In this document: one piece after another, positions 41,696-51,337 of the stretch
Numbering within the stretch: position 1 is the stretch's first letter
How the letters are laid out: each line of letters starts with the position of its first letter
From: Myxococcota bacterium
Lineage (GTDB): Bacteria; Myxococcota_A; SURF-8
DNA length: 64,000 nt
Assembly (NCBI GenBank): GCA_963674735.2
Contig: CAXXQS010000001.1
Span: 2,144,001-2,208,000 of the forward strand
Direction: 5' to 3'
The notes under the pieces: model-generated
The model's input: the letters and a program-made list of their open reading frames with translations, nothing else
The model's database searches: none
What the model was told of the DNA's origin: nothing
Translations under genes and position numbers: made by a program

Positions 41696-42013
41696 TTATT
41701 GGCAAGTCCGATCATTGGACGGGTCGTCTGGAGCGGGGACCAACTGAATTAATTCATCGGAAGTTTCGAGTTCTTGCAGCGCTTCGATGGCCCGCCGATA
41801 CACACCATCCGGCAAAACATCGCAGGTCTGGGTTTGAAATGCTTCGGCAAAAGGTTTGAGGGCCGTTTTGAGGCGACGATAATCGCGTTGCAGCGTTTTA
41901 ACTTCGTCCAGAGCAGCCTGTACCTCCGTCTGACCGACGACACCGGCCCAAAAATGCAAGCGTTTCAACGTTTTTTCATCGATCACAACGCCCTCCTTTT
42001 CACAGCCAGACAT
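41696..42013 (-). CDS. Small hypothetical helical protein
   Basis: ORF of up to 105 aa; an internal AAGGAGG suggests a start near 41986; coiled-coil-like. Confidence 0.45.
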   Translation of the reverse strand: MSGCEKEGVVIDEKTLKRLHFWAGVVGQTEVQAALDEVKTLQRDYRRLKTALKPFAEAFQTQTCDVLPDGVYRRAIEALQELETSDELIQLVPAPDDPSNDRTCQ

Positions 42014-42127
42014 ACTTACTGCCGTTCTTTATTTAGAGGGTGTACCGCCGTGTTTTTTTCCCCTTTAAACGAAAAAAGCGGGAACCTTGTCGGGTCTCCC
42101 GCTTCAACATCGATTTAAATCGATCAT

Positions 42128-44269
42128 TCAGGGTGTGGGTTGTTTTAAAACAACCAGCGCATCCACCGCTATCGGCTTGCCATCCACTACGATCAGGGGA
42201 TTGATATCGATTTCAGCCACTTCGGGATGCTCCAGGGCCAGTCGGCCTACGCCCTCCAGGATATCGGCCAAAGCTTCACGATCCACGGGCGGCAGACCGC
42301 GTTGCGCATCGAATAGACGCTTCATGCGTAAGCTGTCGGGCATGATTTTGAGATCATCGCGGACCACGGGAGCAGCCCGGAACGAAACATCCCGGATCGC
42401 TTCAGTGAAAATGCCGCCGACTCCGAGCATCACACAGGGACCGAAACCGGGAAAACGACTCATCCCCACCACAAGCTCGCGCGTCCCTTTAAGTTGGCTT
42501 GCAACAAGGCGCGGGCATCCAGGCGCAACATTTTCGACTTTTTCCCAGGCCGCTTTCAAATCAGAGTGGCCTGCAAGACCCAGCTTGACCAGCCCCGCCT
42601 CCGATTTGTGGGTGACATTCTCCGGCAGTCCTTTGAGCACAATGGGATAGCCAAGACGTTCGGCAGCGGCCAGCGCGTCATCCAGGGTCTCGACTCGAAA
42701 TTCATCGGCCGTGGGAACACCGTAGTCCCGAAGCAAAGCCTTCGCGGCGAATTCATCGAGAATGCGTCCTTCTCCGCCCTGCGCAAGCAAACTGTCCTTG
42801 GGTTCGGGGAACTCGGCGACAAACAAACCGTCCGCCCTCAGATGAGCTTGGCGTTCGCCGTAATTGGCCAAAGCCGCCATGGCCTTCACGGCTGATTCGG
42901 GCGCATCGAACAGAGGAATTCCACTTGCAATCATCGCCTGTGCCGCGTTGTCGTCACGAATGAACGTGGAGGCCGTCAACGGTTTCCCGGTTTCACGCGG
43001 CAAATTGGCCAAAACCGACATATCGAACTTGGCCGACTCCATGAACTGTTCGCGTGGTATGGGAGCGATATCTTTAATGGCATCGTACATTTGCCCGGTA
43101 AAACCGGTGTCCATAATGCCGTGCACCATGACGGCGTCCAGTTCGTCACTGGCAAACAGGAGCCGAGGGATCGTTTCGGTCAGTGCGGCATGATTCATCG
43201 TAAAGGTGAGATCCACCGGGTTTTTGGCCGATGCGGTCGCGGCGATATGCGGGCGAATCTGCGCCTGCAGCTCTTCACTCAGTTCGGGTAACTCCAAGCC
43301 ATGACGCTCGCAGGCATCCGCCATGGATGAAGCCGGACCGCCCGAATGGGTGAGAATCGCCACCCGGCGACCTTTGGGAGGCGGCATACACGCCAAACTG
43401 TGTCCCCAACCGAAGAGGTCTTCGACGGTCTCGGCTCGTAAAACGCCCGCCTGCTCGAAGATCCCATTGTAAAGTTCGTTGGGGCCGCCCAACGACCCGG
43501 TGTGGGATGCGGCCGCCCGCATTCCGGTTTGGCTGCCGCCCACATACAGCGCCACAATCGGTTTTTTCTTGGAAACCTCTCGTGCAACCCGAATAAAATC
43601 GCGACCCCGGCGAATACCTTCGATATACAGGGCAATGGCGTGAGTGTCGGGATCGTCTCCCAGATACTCCAAACCATCGACAAGATCGATACTGCTTGAA
43701 TTTCCCACGCTGATAGCTTGGCTGTAACGAATCCCGCGCTCCTTGAGATAGACAAGCGTCTGGGTGACGTAGGTCCCACTCTGACTCACCAAACCGAGGT
43801 GGCCCGGTTCGTCGTTATACGGGAAAAACGTGAGGTTGAGACCGATGTGGGTGTTCATGACCCCGATGCAGTTGGGACCGACGAAACGGATACCGTGTTT
43901 CGCGGCAACACGCATCAGTTCGGCTTCCAACTCGATCCCGTCGGCGCCGACCTCGCGGAATCCGGCAGTTATGATGACGGCATGCCGCACCCCGCGCTCG
44001 CCGAGTTCGTCGAGCAATCCGGGAGTGATTTTTGTCGGAGTCACCAGCATCGCCAAGTCGGGAACGAACGGAATGTCAGCCGCATGCCGATAGACGGCAT
44101 GACCGAAAATCTGCTCCTCCTTGGGGTGTAAAAACACCACTTCACCCTTGTAACCGCCATTAAGCAGATTTAAAGCTTGAATGGTGCCCATCTTCATGAA
44201 GTTGTTACTGGCACCGGCGACAACAATTTTTTGGGGGTGCATGATAATATGCAGGGGATTGGTCGACAT
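42128..44269 (-). CDS. ADP-forming acetate/acyl-CoA ligase (fused alpha-beta, CoA-binding plus ATP-grasp)
   Basis: IITAGFRE, GPNCIG, VSQSG, AASHTGSL, NPVDL, HKSEAG, FGPCVMLGVGG, EIDINPL; RBS AGGAG before MSTNP. Confidence 0.92.
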   Translation of the reverse strand: MSTNPLHIIMHPQKIVVAGASNNFMKMGTIQALNLLNGGYKGEVVFLHPKEEQIFGHAVYRHAADIPFVPDLAMLVTPTKITPGLLDELGERGVRHAVIITAGFREVGADGIELEAELMRVAAKHGIRFVGPNCIGVMNTHIGLNLTFFPYNDEPGHLGLVSQSGTYVTQTLVYLKERGIRYSQAISVGNSSSIDLVDGLEYLGDDPDTHAIALYIEGIRRGRDFIRVAREVSKKKPIVALYVGGSQTGMRAAASHTGSLGGPNELYNGIFEQAGVLRAETVEDLFGWGHSLACMPPPKGRRVAILTHSGGPASSMADACERHGLELPELSEELQAQIRPHIAATASAKNPVDLTFTMNHAALTETIPRLLFASDELDAVMVHGIMDTGFTGQMYDAIKDIAPIPREQFMESAKFDMSVLANLPRETGKPLTASTFIRDDNAAQAMIASGIPLFDAPESAVKAMAALANYGERQAHLRADGLFVAEFPEPKDSLLAQGGEGRILDEFAAKALLRDYGVPTADEFRVETLDDALAAAERLGYPIVLKGLPENVTHKSEAGLVKLGLAGHSDLKAAWEKVENVAPGCPRLVASQLKGTRELVVGMSRFPGFGPCVMLGVGGIFTEAIRDVSFRAAPVVRDDLKIMPDSLRMKRLFDAQRGLPPVDREALADILEGVGRLALEHPEVAEIDINPLIVVDGKPIAVDALVVLKQPTP

Positions 44270-44373
44270 GGAGGACTCCTCATTTGATTGGCAACGTGAA
44301 CAGAACAACCCGGAAAGAACATGTGGTCGACGTCCGACCTCGCACTGCCGTATCCAAAAATATAGGCGCACAC

Positions 44374-44391
44374 TGAATGAGCGCTCACCCA
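44374..44391. promoter_or_regulatory. Second, degenerate FadR-like operator
   Basis: TGAATGA-GCGC-TCACCCA, about 105 bp upstream of the acyl-CoA ligase start. Confidence 0.5.
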
Positions 44392-44565
44392 CCACCTATT
44401 CTGACGCTTACGTCACTAACTGTCAAGGATGCGCTTAAAAAACTTTCACCGGACTAAATGGAATGCCGAGAAGTCCAAAGTAATCCTTTGTTACAGACAC
44501 GCCAACGATGGAACTTGCTTGCAAGTCCCTTTCGCGCTAACATCACTCGAATCACGGAGGCCAAC

Positions 44566-45060
44566 ATGTCCGAGAATGTCTACACGTTCAACGCGACCAC
44601 CATTACCGGCGAACCCGTTTCTTTGGGGGATTACCGCGGCAAGGTACTGCTGATTGTCAACACGGCCAGCAAATGCGGTTTCACTCCGCAATACAAAGGG
44701 CTCGAAAATCTGCACAACACATATAAAGATCAGGGCTTGGTGGTTTTAGGCTTTCCCTGCAACCAGTTCATGGAACAAGAACCGGGGAGCGAGGCCGATA
44801 TTCAGAAATTCTGCGAACTCAATTACGGCGTGAGTTTCCAGATGCTGTCGAAGATCGATGTCAACGGTTCCAACGCTCATCCGCTTTATGCGTATCTGAC
44901 CGACACGCTCAAAGGCGTCCTCGGCACAAAGAAGATCAAATGGAATTTTACGAAATTCCTCGTCAATCGCCTCGGCCAGCCGGTCAAACGTTTTTCGCCC
45001 AATACGGAACCGGAAAAGCTGAAAGATGATATCGAAACCCTTCTGGCAGAACAAATTTAA
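44566..45060 (+). CDS. Glutathione peroxidase (Cys-type)
   Basis: NTASKCGFTPQY, LGFPCNQF, KWNFTKFL; RBS GGAGG. Confidence 0.95.
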   Translation: MSENVYTFNATTITGEPVSLGDYRGKVLLIVNTASKCGFTPQYKGLENLHNTYKDQGLVVLGFPCNQFMEQEPGSEADIQKFCELNYGVSFQMLSKIDVNGSNAHPLYAYLTDTLKGVLGTKKIKWNFTKFLVNRLGQPVKRFSPNTEPEKLKDDIETLLAEQI

Positions 45061-45103
45061 ACATGTTTCAACGAACAGCGCCGACAAGGAAACCGAACAA
45101 TCC

Positions 45104-46510
45104 ATGCAACACGTGAGTCTCGCAACCGTTAGTTTCCTCTTTTTCGTTCTTCTTGCCTTCCCAACTCAGGCAAAGGACAAACAAGCTTCCGCCCAGATGG
45201 AATCGCCGGTAGCAACCGTTGCAGCCGAAGCGACTCTCTCCTCCGCTCAATCCCCCAAAGCGGCGTCATTCAAGATTCCCCATAACGATATCTACCTGTT
45301 CACCCCCGGTATGACACGCGCCCTCGCCCGCTATCGGCTGGGCGAGCCTTTCGAACCTTTGGCCGAATTCGAAAAAGAACTGAAAGCCAGTCCGCACCTG
45401 CCGAGTACGCATTTCTGGGTCGGTTCGCGCAAGCTGCTATTCGCCTGGATGGATGCGCCCGACACCCGATACCACAAAGACGTGGAACGCCACTTCGACG
45501 ATTGCCTGCTGCGCGCCGAACGGGCTAAGAAACTACCCCGCTTGCATCATGCGGGCATGTTTTACGAATCCGCCTGCAATATGGGGCTGAGCGCTTTGTA
45601 TGGGCTGAAGAACGAATTCCTCGACGCCGGAATACACGCCAACCGCGCCATCAAGGGCTTCTTCGCTCTGCACAAAGAACGGCCAGAGCATCACGGCACC
45701 CTCATGGTGGTGGGATCCTACAACTATTACACCAGTCGTTTCGGAACTCTCGGAAGACTTCTGTTAAATTTGATGCAATTACCGACAGGTAACCGAGAAA
45801 CCGGACTCGCCCAGCTTTACGCCGCCTCATCCAACGACGGTCCCTTGGATATGGGCGGCAAAATGATGCTGGTTCCGGCCCTTATGAACTTTGAAAACAA
45901 ACCGCAGGAAGCAGTTGAATTGGCTGAGGAAACGGTCCGTCTGGTTCCCACCAACACCGCCACACACACACTGCTGGCCACCCAATATCTGATGGTCGGC
46001 CGGCTCGAAGACGCCCGTCGATCCACCCGCCAAGCTCAGAACTGGCAGCCCTCCGATGCCGCAACCAGCAAGGTTCACGAAGTCAAGGCCCGCAAGGTGT
46101 ACATCGACATGCTGACGGCCATCATGAACGTCTTGCTCGACCACGACCCGGACGGGCTGGCCTGGCTGGCGAAAACCGGTCGTGGGATCGATGAGCACCC
46201 GGAAGGTTTCGCCTCGCTGGCCCGACTTTACTTGGCCCATATTTACCGTCTGGCCGACCGAAAGGACGATGCCGAGCGCTTATACCGTTGGGTGATCGAT
46301 GGCGAAAACGGCTCTCGCTGGCTGAAAGATATGGGCCCAATCCTACATCGACGAACGGGACATCAATCAGCAAATCCTCTTACCCAGCCCCCAAAAAAGA
46401 GCCCTGCACACGTGGATCGCGTCGATAGCTTTTCCGGATATCGAGGACTAGGAAGGCGTTACGGTATTCGTCTCGCATGTCGGGAGCTTGACCCAAAACT
46501 GCCCCCCTAG
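45104..46510 (+). CDS. Exported TPR-like helical protein; true 3' end uncertain because of a probable +1 indel near 46333
   Basis: Signal peptide and helical repeats. After ATGGGCCC the alternative frame reads as a more natural helical continuation (AQSYIDERDINQQIL). Confidence 0.6.
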   Translation: MQHVSLATVSFLFFVLLAFPTQAKDKQASAQMESPVATVAAEATLSSAQSPKAASFKIPHNDIYLFTPGMTRALARYRLGEPFEPLAEFEKELKASPHLPSTHFWVGSRKLLFAWMDAPDTRYHKDVERHFDDCLLRAERAKKLPRLHHAGMFYESACNMGLSALYGLKNEFLDAGIHANRAIKGFFALHKERPEHHGTLMVVGSYNYYTSRFGTLGRLLLNLMQLPTGNRETGLAQLYAASSNDGPLDMGGKMMLVPALMNFENKPQEAVELAEETVRLVPTNTATHTLLATQYLMVGRLEDARRSTRQAQNWQPSDAATSKVHEVKARKVYIDMLTAIMNVLLDHDPDGLAWLAKTGRGIDEHPEGFASLARLYLAHIYRLADRKDDAERLYRWVIDGENGSRWLKDMGPILHRRTGHQSANPLTQPPKKSPAHVDRVDSFSGYRGLGRRYGIRLACRELDPKLPP

Positions 46511-46654
46511 AATCGCCAAGTGTTCCTCTGGGTAGTCGCGATACCGACTTCCGGATGACCTCGGAAACCGACCGGATACAAACCGAAATGTCCCAAAAGC
46601 ATCGCGGGGAAGAGTTGTTCCATACCTGCGCGAAGATCTAGCGCACATAAACAG

Positions 46655-46682
46655 AAAGCTCCCCCGCATACACGGGGGAGCT
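46655..46682 (-). terminator. Terminator after rpsI
   Basis: AGCTCCCCCG/CGGGGGAGCT stem followed by TTCTGTTT on the minus strand. Confidence 0.7.
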
Positions 46683-46705
46683 GCAATTGTCGGTCGCGTT
46701 TCGGC

Positions 46706-47107
46706 TTAACGCTTGGAGAACTGGAAGCGACGGCGCGCACCGCGCAGACCGTACTTCTTACGCTCTTTGACACGGGCATCACGCGTAAGGAAGCCGACCT
46801 TCTTCAGCATCGGACGATACTTATCGCGGTCAACCTGCTCCAGGGCACGTGAAATGCCGTGTTTAATGGCTTCAGCCTGACCGGACAGGCCGCCGCCTTT
46901 GCAATTGCAAATAATGTCATACTGTCCGGTGGTACCGGTCAGTTCGAGCGGCTGATTCATAACCATCTTCAGAACCGGACGCTTCAAATAGTCGTCCACT
47001 TCACGTTGGTTGATCATGATTTTGCCCGTTCCAGGGCGCATCCATACACGGGCTACCGCAGACTTACGTCGCCCGACCGCTTGCCAATTCCAGGCCTTAC
47101 CTTCCAT
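46706..47107 (-). CDS. rpsI: 30S ribosomal protein S9
   Basis: [37 protein letters not shown]. Confidence 0.98.
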   Translation of the reverse strand: MEGKAWNWQAVGRRKSAVARVWMRPGTGKIMINQREVDDYLKRPVLKMVMNQPLELTGTTGQYDIICNCKGGGLSGQAEAIKHGISRALEQVDRDKYRPMLKKVGFLTRDARVKERKKYGLRGARRRFQFSKR

Positions 47108-47130
47108 CGTCTCACCTATCTCAAAACTCG

Positions 47131-47562
47131 TTAGATGTCCAGGGGTTCGGGCTGCTGCGCTTCATGCGGATGTTCCGGAGAAGCATAGACCTTCAGCTTT
47201 TTCAGCATCTGGCGGCCCAGCTTGTTTTTCGGCAACATCCCTTTAACGGCACGTTCGAACACCTGCTCCGGCGCTTTTTCAAGCAATTTTTCAAGCGAAA
47301 TACTTTTGATTCCACCCGAAAAACCGGTGTGATGATAATAGTGTTTGTCGTGTAGCTTGTTGCCGGTCACTTTGACTTTGTCGGCATTGACCACGACCAC
47401 AAAATCACACCGTATCCACGGAGGGGGGTGTAGGTGGGCTTGTTTTTACCACGCAGGATGCGAGCAACTTCACTCCGCGGCGCGACCGAGCACTTTGTCG
47501 GCCAAGTCCACTACGTACCATTTCTTCTCGATTTCGTTCGGCTTCGCACTATATGTAGACAT
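47131..47562 (-). CDS. rplM: 50S ribosomal protein L13, apparently frameshifted (probable sequence errors at about 47405-47478)
   Basis: [29 protein letters not shown] / [16 protein letters not shown] / [26 protein letters not shown] lie in different frames. Confidence 0.93.
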
Positions 47563-47817
47563 ATCTGTATACCTCGTCCTAGCAGGACGTCGCAAGGACT
47601 GGATTCTTAGATTATTCGCCGCAATTTGTCAAGCATTTTCTGTCCTTTTCTCTCAAAATATATTGACTACCCTTTTCCCAGGGCATGACAGGCATCGAAT
47701 CCGGCAAAACCCGACAGCCTGTGTTTCATCTTGACAGATACCATCGTCATGCTCAAAATAGGAGCGCGACAAACGAAAACGTCCATTATCCTAACATAGT
47801 CGGAGGAGGATCCGAGC

Positions 47818-48588
47818 ATGAATTGCCCTAAATGCAATGCCACCGTTCCGGAAGACGCTCAGTTTTGCGGAGTTTGCGGCTTTAAATTCGAAGAAGATCA
47901 GGCACCTACAGTCGGATCTCCCGCCGGCTCAACGGCGGCGCCAACCTCCTATGGACCTTCAACGCAAGGTCTGGTCAGCGGTTCCCTGTCGGATGGCTGG
48001 GCGGCTTTCAAGTCCAGTCCGGGCGTTTTGGTTGGAATGCTGATTGTGCTCATGATCATCTCGGGCCTCGTTGAAGCTATCTTGAAAAGTTCGCTGGGCG
48101 ATAGCGGGGTCTATCAATCTTTCAGCGGTCTCTGGTCGCTGGTACAAAACGTCCTGGCAGCCGGGTTCGTGTTCTCCAGCCTTAAAATTGTACGCGGTGA
48201 AGACGTCGCCTTCGGCGAGTTGTTTGCCGGTTTCAACAAATTTCTCCCCATTTTCCTGGCCGCCCTGCTGGTGAGCATCGCGGTACTGGTGGGATTGGTT
48301 TTACTGGTGGTTCCGGGAATCATCCTGGCGTTGGGTCTTTCGCAATGGATGCTGCTGATCATGGACCGCGACGCCGGAGCCATGGATTCTCTCAAGGCAA
48401 GCTGGGAAATGATGCGCGGATACAAGGTTTCCCTGTTTATCTTGGGACTGGCCTTGATCGGAATCAATCTTCTTGGCGCACTGGCTCTGGTCGTCGGTCT
48501 GCTGGTCTCCCTACCCTTCTCGGCCTGTGCGGGAGCGGCTTTTTACGAGCGAGTCATGGCGCAGAATCCTCCACAAATTGGGGGGTGA
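47818..48588 (+). CDS. Zinc-ribbon plus integral membrane (DUF975-like) protein
   Basis: CPKC..FCGVCG; GGAGG RBS; VVPGII..AMDSLKASWEMMRG. Confidence 0.85.
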   Translation: MNCPKCNATVPEDAQFCGVCGFKFEEDQAPTVGSPAGSTAAPTSYGPSTQGLVSGSLSDGWAAFKSSPGVLVGMLIVLMIISGLVEAILKSSLGDSGVYQSFSGLWSLVQNVLAAGFVFSSLKIVRGEDVAFGELFAGFNKFLPIFLAALLVSIAVLVGLVLLVVPGIILALGLSQWMLLIMDRDAGAMDSLKASWEMMRGYKVSLFILGLALIGINLLGALALVVGLLVSLPFSACAGAAFYERVMAQNPPQIGG

Positions 48589-48627
48589 TTCCGAATCCGG
48601 CTGGCCGATTCAACATAACCGACAATC

Positions 48628-48664
48628 AAAAACCCGGAGCCCTGGCGACTCCGGGTTTCCTTTT
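48628..48664. terminator. Bidirectional terminator between convergent genes
   Basis: AAAAACCCGGAG..CTCCGGGTTTCCTTTT. Confidence 0.75.
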
Positions 48665-48681
48665 CCGGGCATTCACAGAAA

Positions 48682-50229
48682 CTAATCTTCATCGCCGACA
48701 TACCCACCGTCGAACCATCCCAGCGAAGACATGGCATCCCAAGCGCAGGGACCGGCGGGACGCCCGAGACCCATTTTGAGTTCGTAACCTTCAAGCTGCC
48801 CCGAAGGATCGGCCTCGATCGATTCGGGATCGACGATATACCCCAGGCTGTCGTTGCCCAGCCCCACCACAAAGGATTGCGGACTCACCATGCGTTCCCG
48901 TAACCGCCAGCTATATTCAGCCGTTCCCTCGCCGGGAAACACGCCGAATTCCGCATCGCCCAGTTTGTGCCAGCTCACCTCGATATTCGACACCCACATT
49001 TCATCATCGCGATACTCGATGTAGCGTTTGGGAACACCCAGAAATTCATAGGCGAAGGTGAGATAGGATTCCTCTGCCCTGCAAGCGTAGTGAGCCCAAC
49101 GATGGCGGATATCGAAACTGGCGCTGGGGGTCAGCGTTTCCAGCGTCCCATTGACCGTTTCAGCCAGAATACGCCCCATATCATAAGCGCGCTCAAAGCC
49201 GTCATTTCCTTCGGGACCGACGGAGCCTCCATGTACCGCCGCGACAAATCCCTGCAAATACATGGCGGGAGCGCCGGTCAAGCTGCCGAGTTCCTCTCGA
49301 TAGCCCCAAATGAAGTCGGCGGAAGCCAGCCGATTTCCATCCCCCAGCATCGTCGGATGCTTGGCATAATTGGCCAACGTCACGATCGCGTGACCATCGC
49401 CATCGCGAGCCTGCAAAACACCGACCGTATTGTCGATGATTTCGGAACAACCGCTGTCCCGGCCGGTGTAACCGACCAACTCGGTTGCTCCCGTATATAG
49501 GCTGGCTTCCTGCAGGGTATCGGCCGCCTGCTCCGCTGCGGCGACCAGTCCGTCCTGGATCACGTTCAGCGCTGCGAGTGGAACCCCTTCATCGGGAGCC
49601 TGCCAGAAACCGACGAGGTCGGTGGCCGCGTGGCTATGACTGGATGCAATCAAAATATGTTCGGGATAAAGCCGCACGCGATCGCGCAAGGCCTCCGCGA
49701 TAACTTGCCGCATCTGCATCACGCCCGGTCCCCAGTCGCCGAAATCAAACCCGAATCCGGCGGTGTCCAGGCTGATAACCAGATAGGCTCGTTCGGCGTC
49801 GTTGACAAAGAGCGCCGCCTGCCCCATCAGCGGATCATGGACACCTTCGATGACGCGCCCGCCGCCAGGAGCGCCGAATCCGCCCAGCGCCGTTCCATTG
49901 GGCGGTGTGCAATCACTTTCTCCATATCCGACGAAAAAACGGGTCGGTTCGACATCCGGCCAGGGTTCCTCGTCCACGCTTTCTTCCTCGACTTCCATCT
50001 CGATATCATTTTCCAGATCCCGATCGCCTTCCATCTCATCGCCGTCCGTATCCTGACTCTCTTCATCACCATCGAGGGAAGGCGTATCCGCATCCGAATC
50101 GCCCCCTACATGGCTCTCGCCCTCATCATCGCAGCCCAAAAACAGGATGGGCGTCAACAACAACAAGATCAACAAGTTAAGAAAAAGTGATTCAGACACT
50201 GAAGACAAATCCCGTAAAAATACCGACAT
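48682..50229 (-). CDS. Neutral/alkaline ceramidase-like lipoprotein with DGD tether
   Basis: Lipobox FLGC; GVHDPL, SHSHAA, NYAKHPT, SADF, PGE, GLGNDSLGYI. Confidence 0.8.
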   Translation of the reverse strand: MSVFLRDLSSVSESLFLNLLILLLLTPILFLGCDDEGESHVGGDSDADTPSLDGDEESQDTDGDEMEGDRDLENDIEMEVEEESVDEEPWPDVEPTRFFVGYGESDCTPPNGTALGGFGAPGGGRVIEGVHDPLMGQAALFVNDAERAYLVISLDTAGFGFDFGDWGPGVMQMRQVIAEALRDRVRLYPEHILIASSHSHAATDLVGFWQAPDEGVPLAALNVIQDGLVAAAEQAADTLQEASLYTGATELVGYTGRDSGCSEIIDNTVGVLQARDGDGHAIVTLANYAKHPTMLGDGNRLASADFIWGYREELGSLTGAPAMYLQGFVAAVHGGSVGPEGNDGFERAYDMGRILAETVNGTLETLTPSASFDIRHRWAHYACRAEESYLTFAYEFLGVPKRYIEYRDDEMWVSNIEVSWHKLGDAEFGVFPGEGTAEYSWRLRERMVSPQSFVVGLGNDSLGYIVDPESIEADPSGQLEGYELKMGLGRPAGPCAWDAMSSLGWFDGGYVGDED

Positions 50230-50404
50230 AGTGACTTTCCTCGATTTGAAGCTACAACAGAACTTGGATGCAAGAAGCAGACTAGCGCAGTCACTTTAAA
50301 ATTTCAACCAAATGGAACCAGGTTTCATTTTTTTACACACTCTCGACCGTTTTTCCTTTCCTTCTCGATGAAACCACGTAGAATAGCGGCGGTTCTTTAA
50401 AGAA

Positions 50405-50487
50405 ATATCGGGGTGCTCGGCAACAGCCGGGCTGAGATTATACCCATTGAACCTGATCCGGATAATGCCGGCGCGAGGGAAAACGAT
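50405..50487 (+). ncRNA. TPP riboswitch
   Basis: GGGGTGC..GCTGAGA..ATACCC..GAACCTGATCCGGATAATGCCGGCG..AGGGA upstream of thi4. Confidence 0.92.
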
Positions 50488-50552
50488 TCCAAACCATAGC
50501 GAAACGGCATCCATCTCGGATGCCGTTATTTTTTCGCAAGGAGGATACCATC

Positions 50553-51326
50553 ATGATGGAAGAAACCATCACTCAAGCCATTGTCACGCGTTTTTTCGCA
50601 AAGTTGCAAGCCAATCTCTGTTTGGATGTCGCGATCGTCGGCGCCGGTCCATCCGGTATGGTCGCCGCCCACGATTTGGCTATGGCCGGAAAAAAGGTGG
50701 CCGTTTTCGAGCGAAAACTGGCTCCGGGCGGGGGGATTTGGGGAGGCGGCATGTTGTTCAACGAGATTGTTGTCCAAGAAGACGTCCTTCCCATCCTGGC
50801 CGACTTCAACATAGGCTCTGAGGACGCCGGAAAGGGCTATTTTACCGCCGATGCGGTCGAGGTGGCATCCGGACTATGCTTTGGCGCGAAAAAAGCCGGA
50901 GCGGCGTTTTTCAATGCCGTCAGTGTGGAAGACATCGTGTTCCATGGCGAACAGGTGGGGGGCGTCGTCATCAACTGGACTCCGGTCGAGCGACTTGAGA
51001 TGCACGTCGATCCGCTGGTTATCACCTCGAAGGCCATTTTGGACGGCACCGGGCATCCGTCTGAGATCATCAACCTCGCCGCCCGCAAAGCGGGTATCAA
51101 GCTGGCCACACCGACTGGAGGGGTGATGGGCGAAAAACCGATGTGGATGGAAAGTGGCGAGGCATCGACGGTCGAGAATACACGCTGTATTTATCCGGGG
51201 TTATACGCGGCCGGCATGGCAGCCAACAACGTTTACGGCGGTTTCCGCATGGGACCGATTTTCGGTGGCATGCTACGCTCGGGTCGTAAAGCCGCCCAGC
51301 TTATTCTGGAGGATTTGTCCAAATAG
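50553..51326 (+). CDS. thi4: Thiazole synthase Thi4, sulfide-dependent His-type
   Basis: [37 protein letters not shown]; RBS AGGAGG. Confidence 0.93.
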   Translation: MMEETITQAIVTRFFAKLQANLCLDVAIVGAGPSGMVAAHDLAMAGKKVAVFERKLAPGGGIWGGGMLFNEIVVQEDVLPILADFNIGSEDAGKGYFTADAVEVASGLCFGAKKAGAAFFNAVSVEDIVFHGEQVGGVVINWTPVERLEMHVDPLVITSKAILDGTGHPSEIINLAARKAGIKLATPTGGVMGEKPMWMESGEASTVENTRCIYPGLYAAGMAANNVYGGFRMGPIFGGMLRSGRKAAQLILEDLSK

Positions 51327-51337
51327 AATAAAAGACC

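Noticed and set aside
41696-42013. Small phage-like ORF as a prophage remnant
   Set aside because: No integrase, att site or other phage genes nearby.
44566-45060. Selenocysteine glutathione peroxidase
   Set aside because: The active-site codon is TGC (Cys) and there is no in-frame TGA.
47400-47480. In-frame TGA and frameshifts in rplM as recoding or a true pseudogene
   Set aside because: Several independent indels, mostly in G/C runs, with another nearby in the TPR gene. Assembly error is far more likely for an essential gene.
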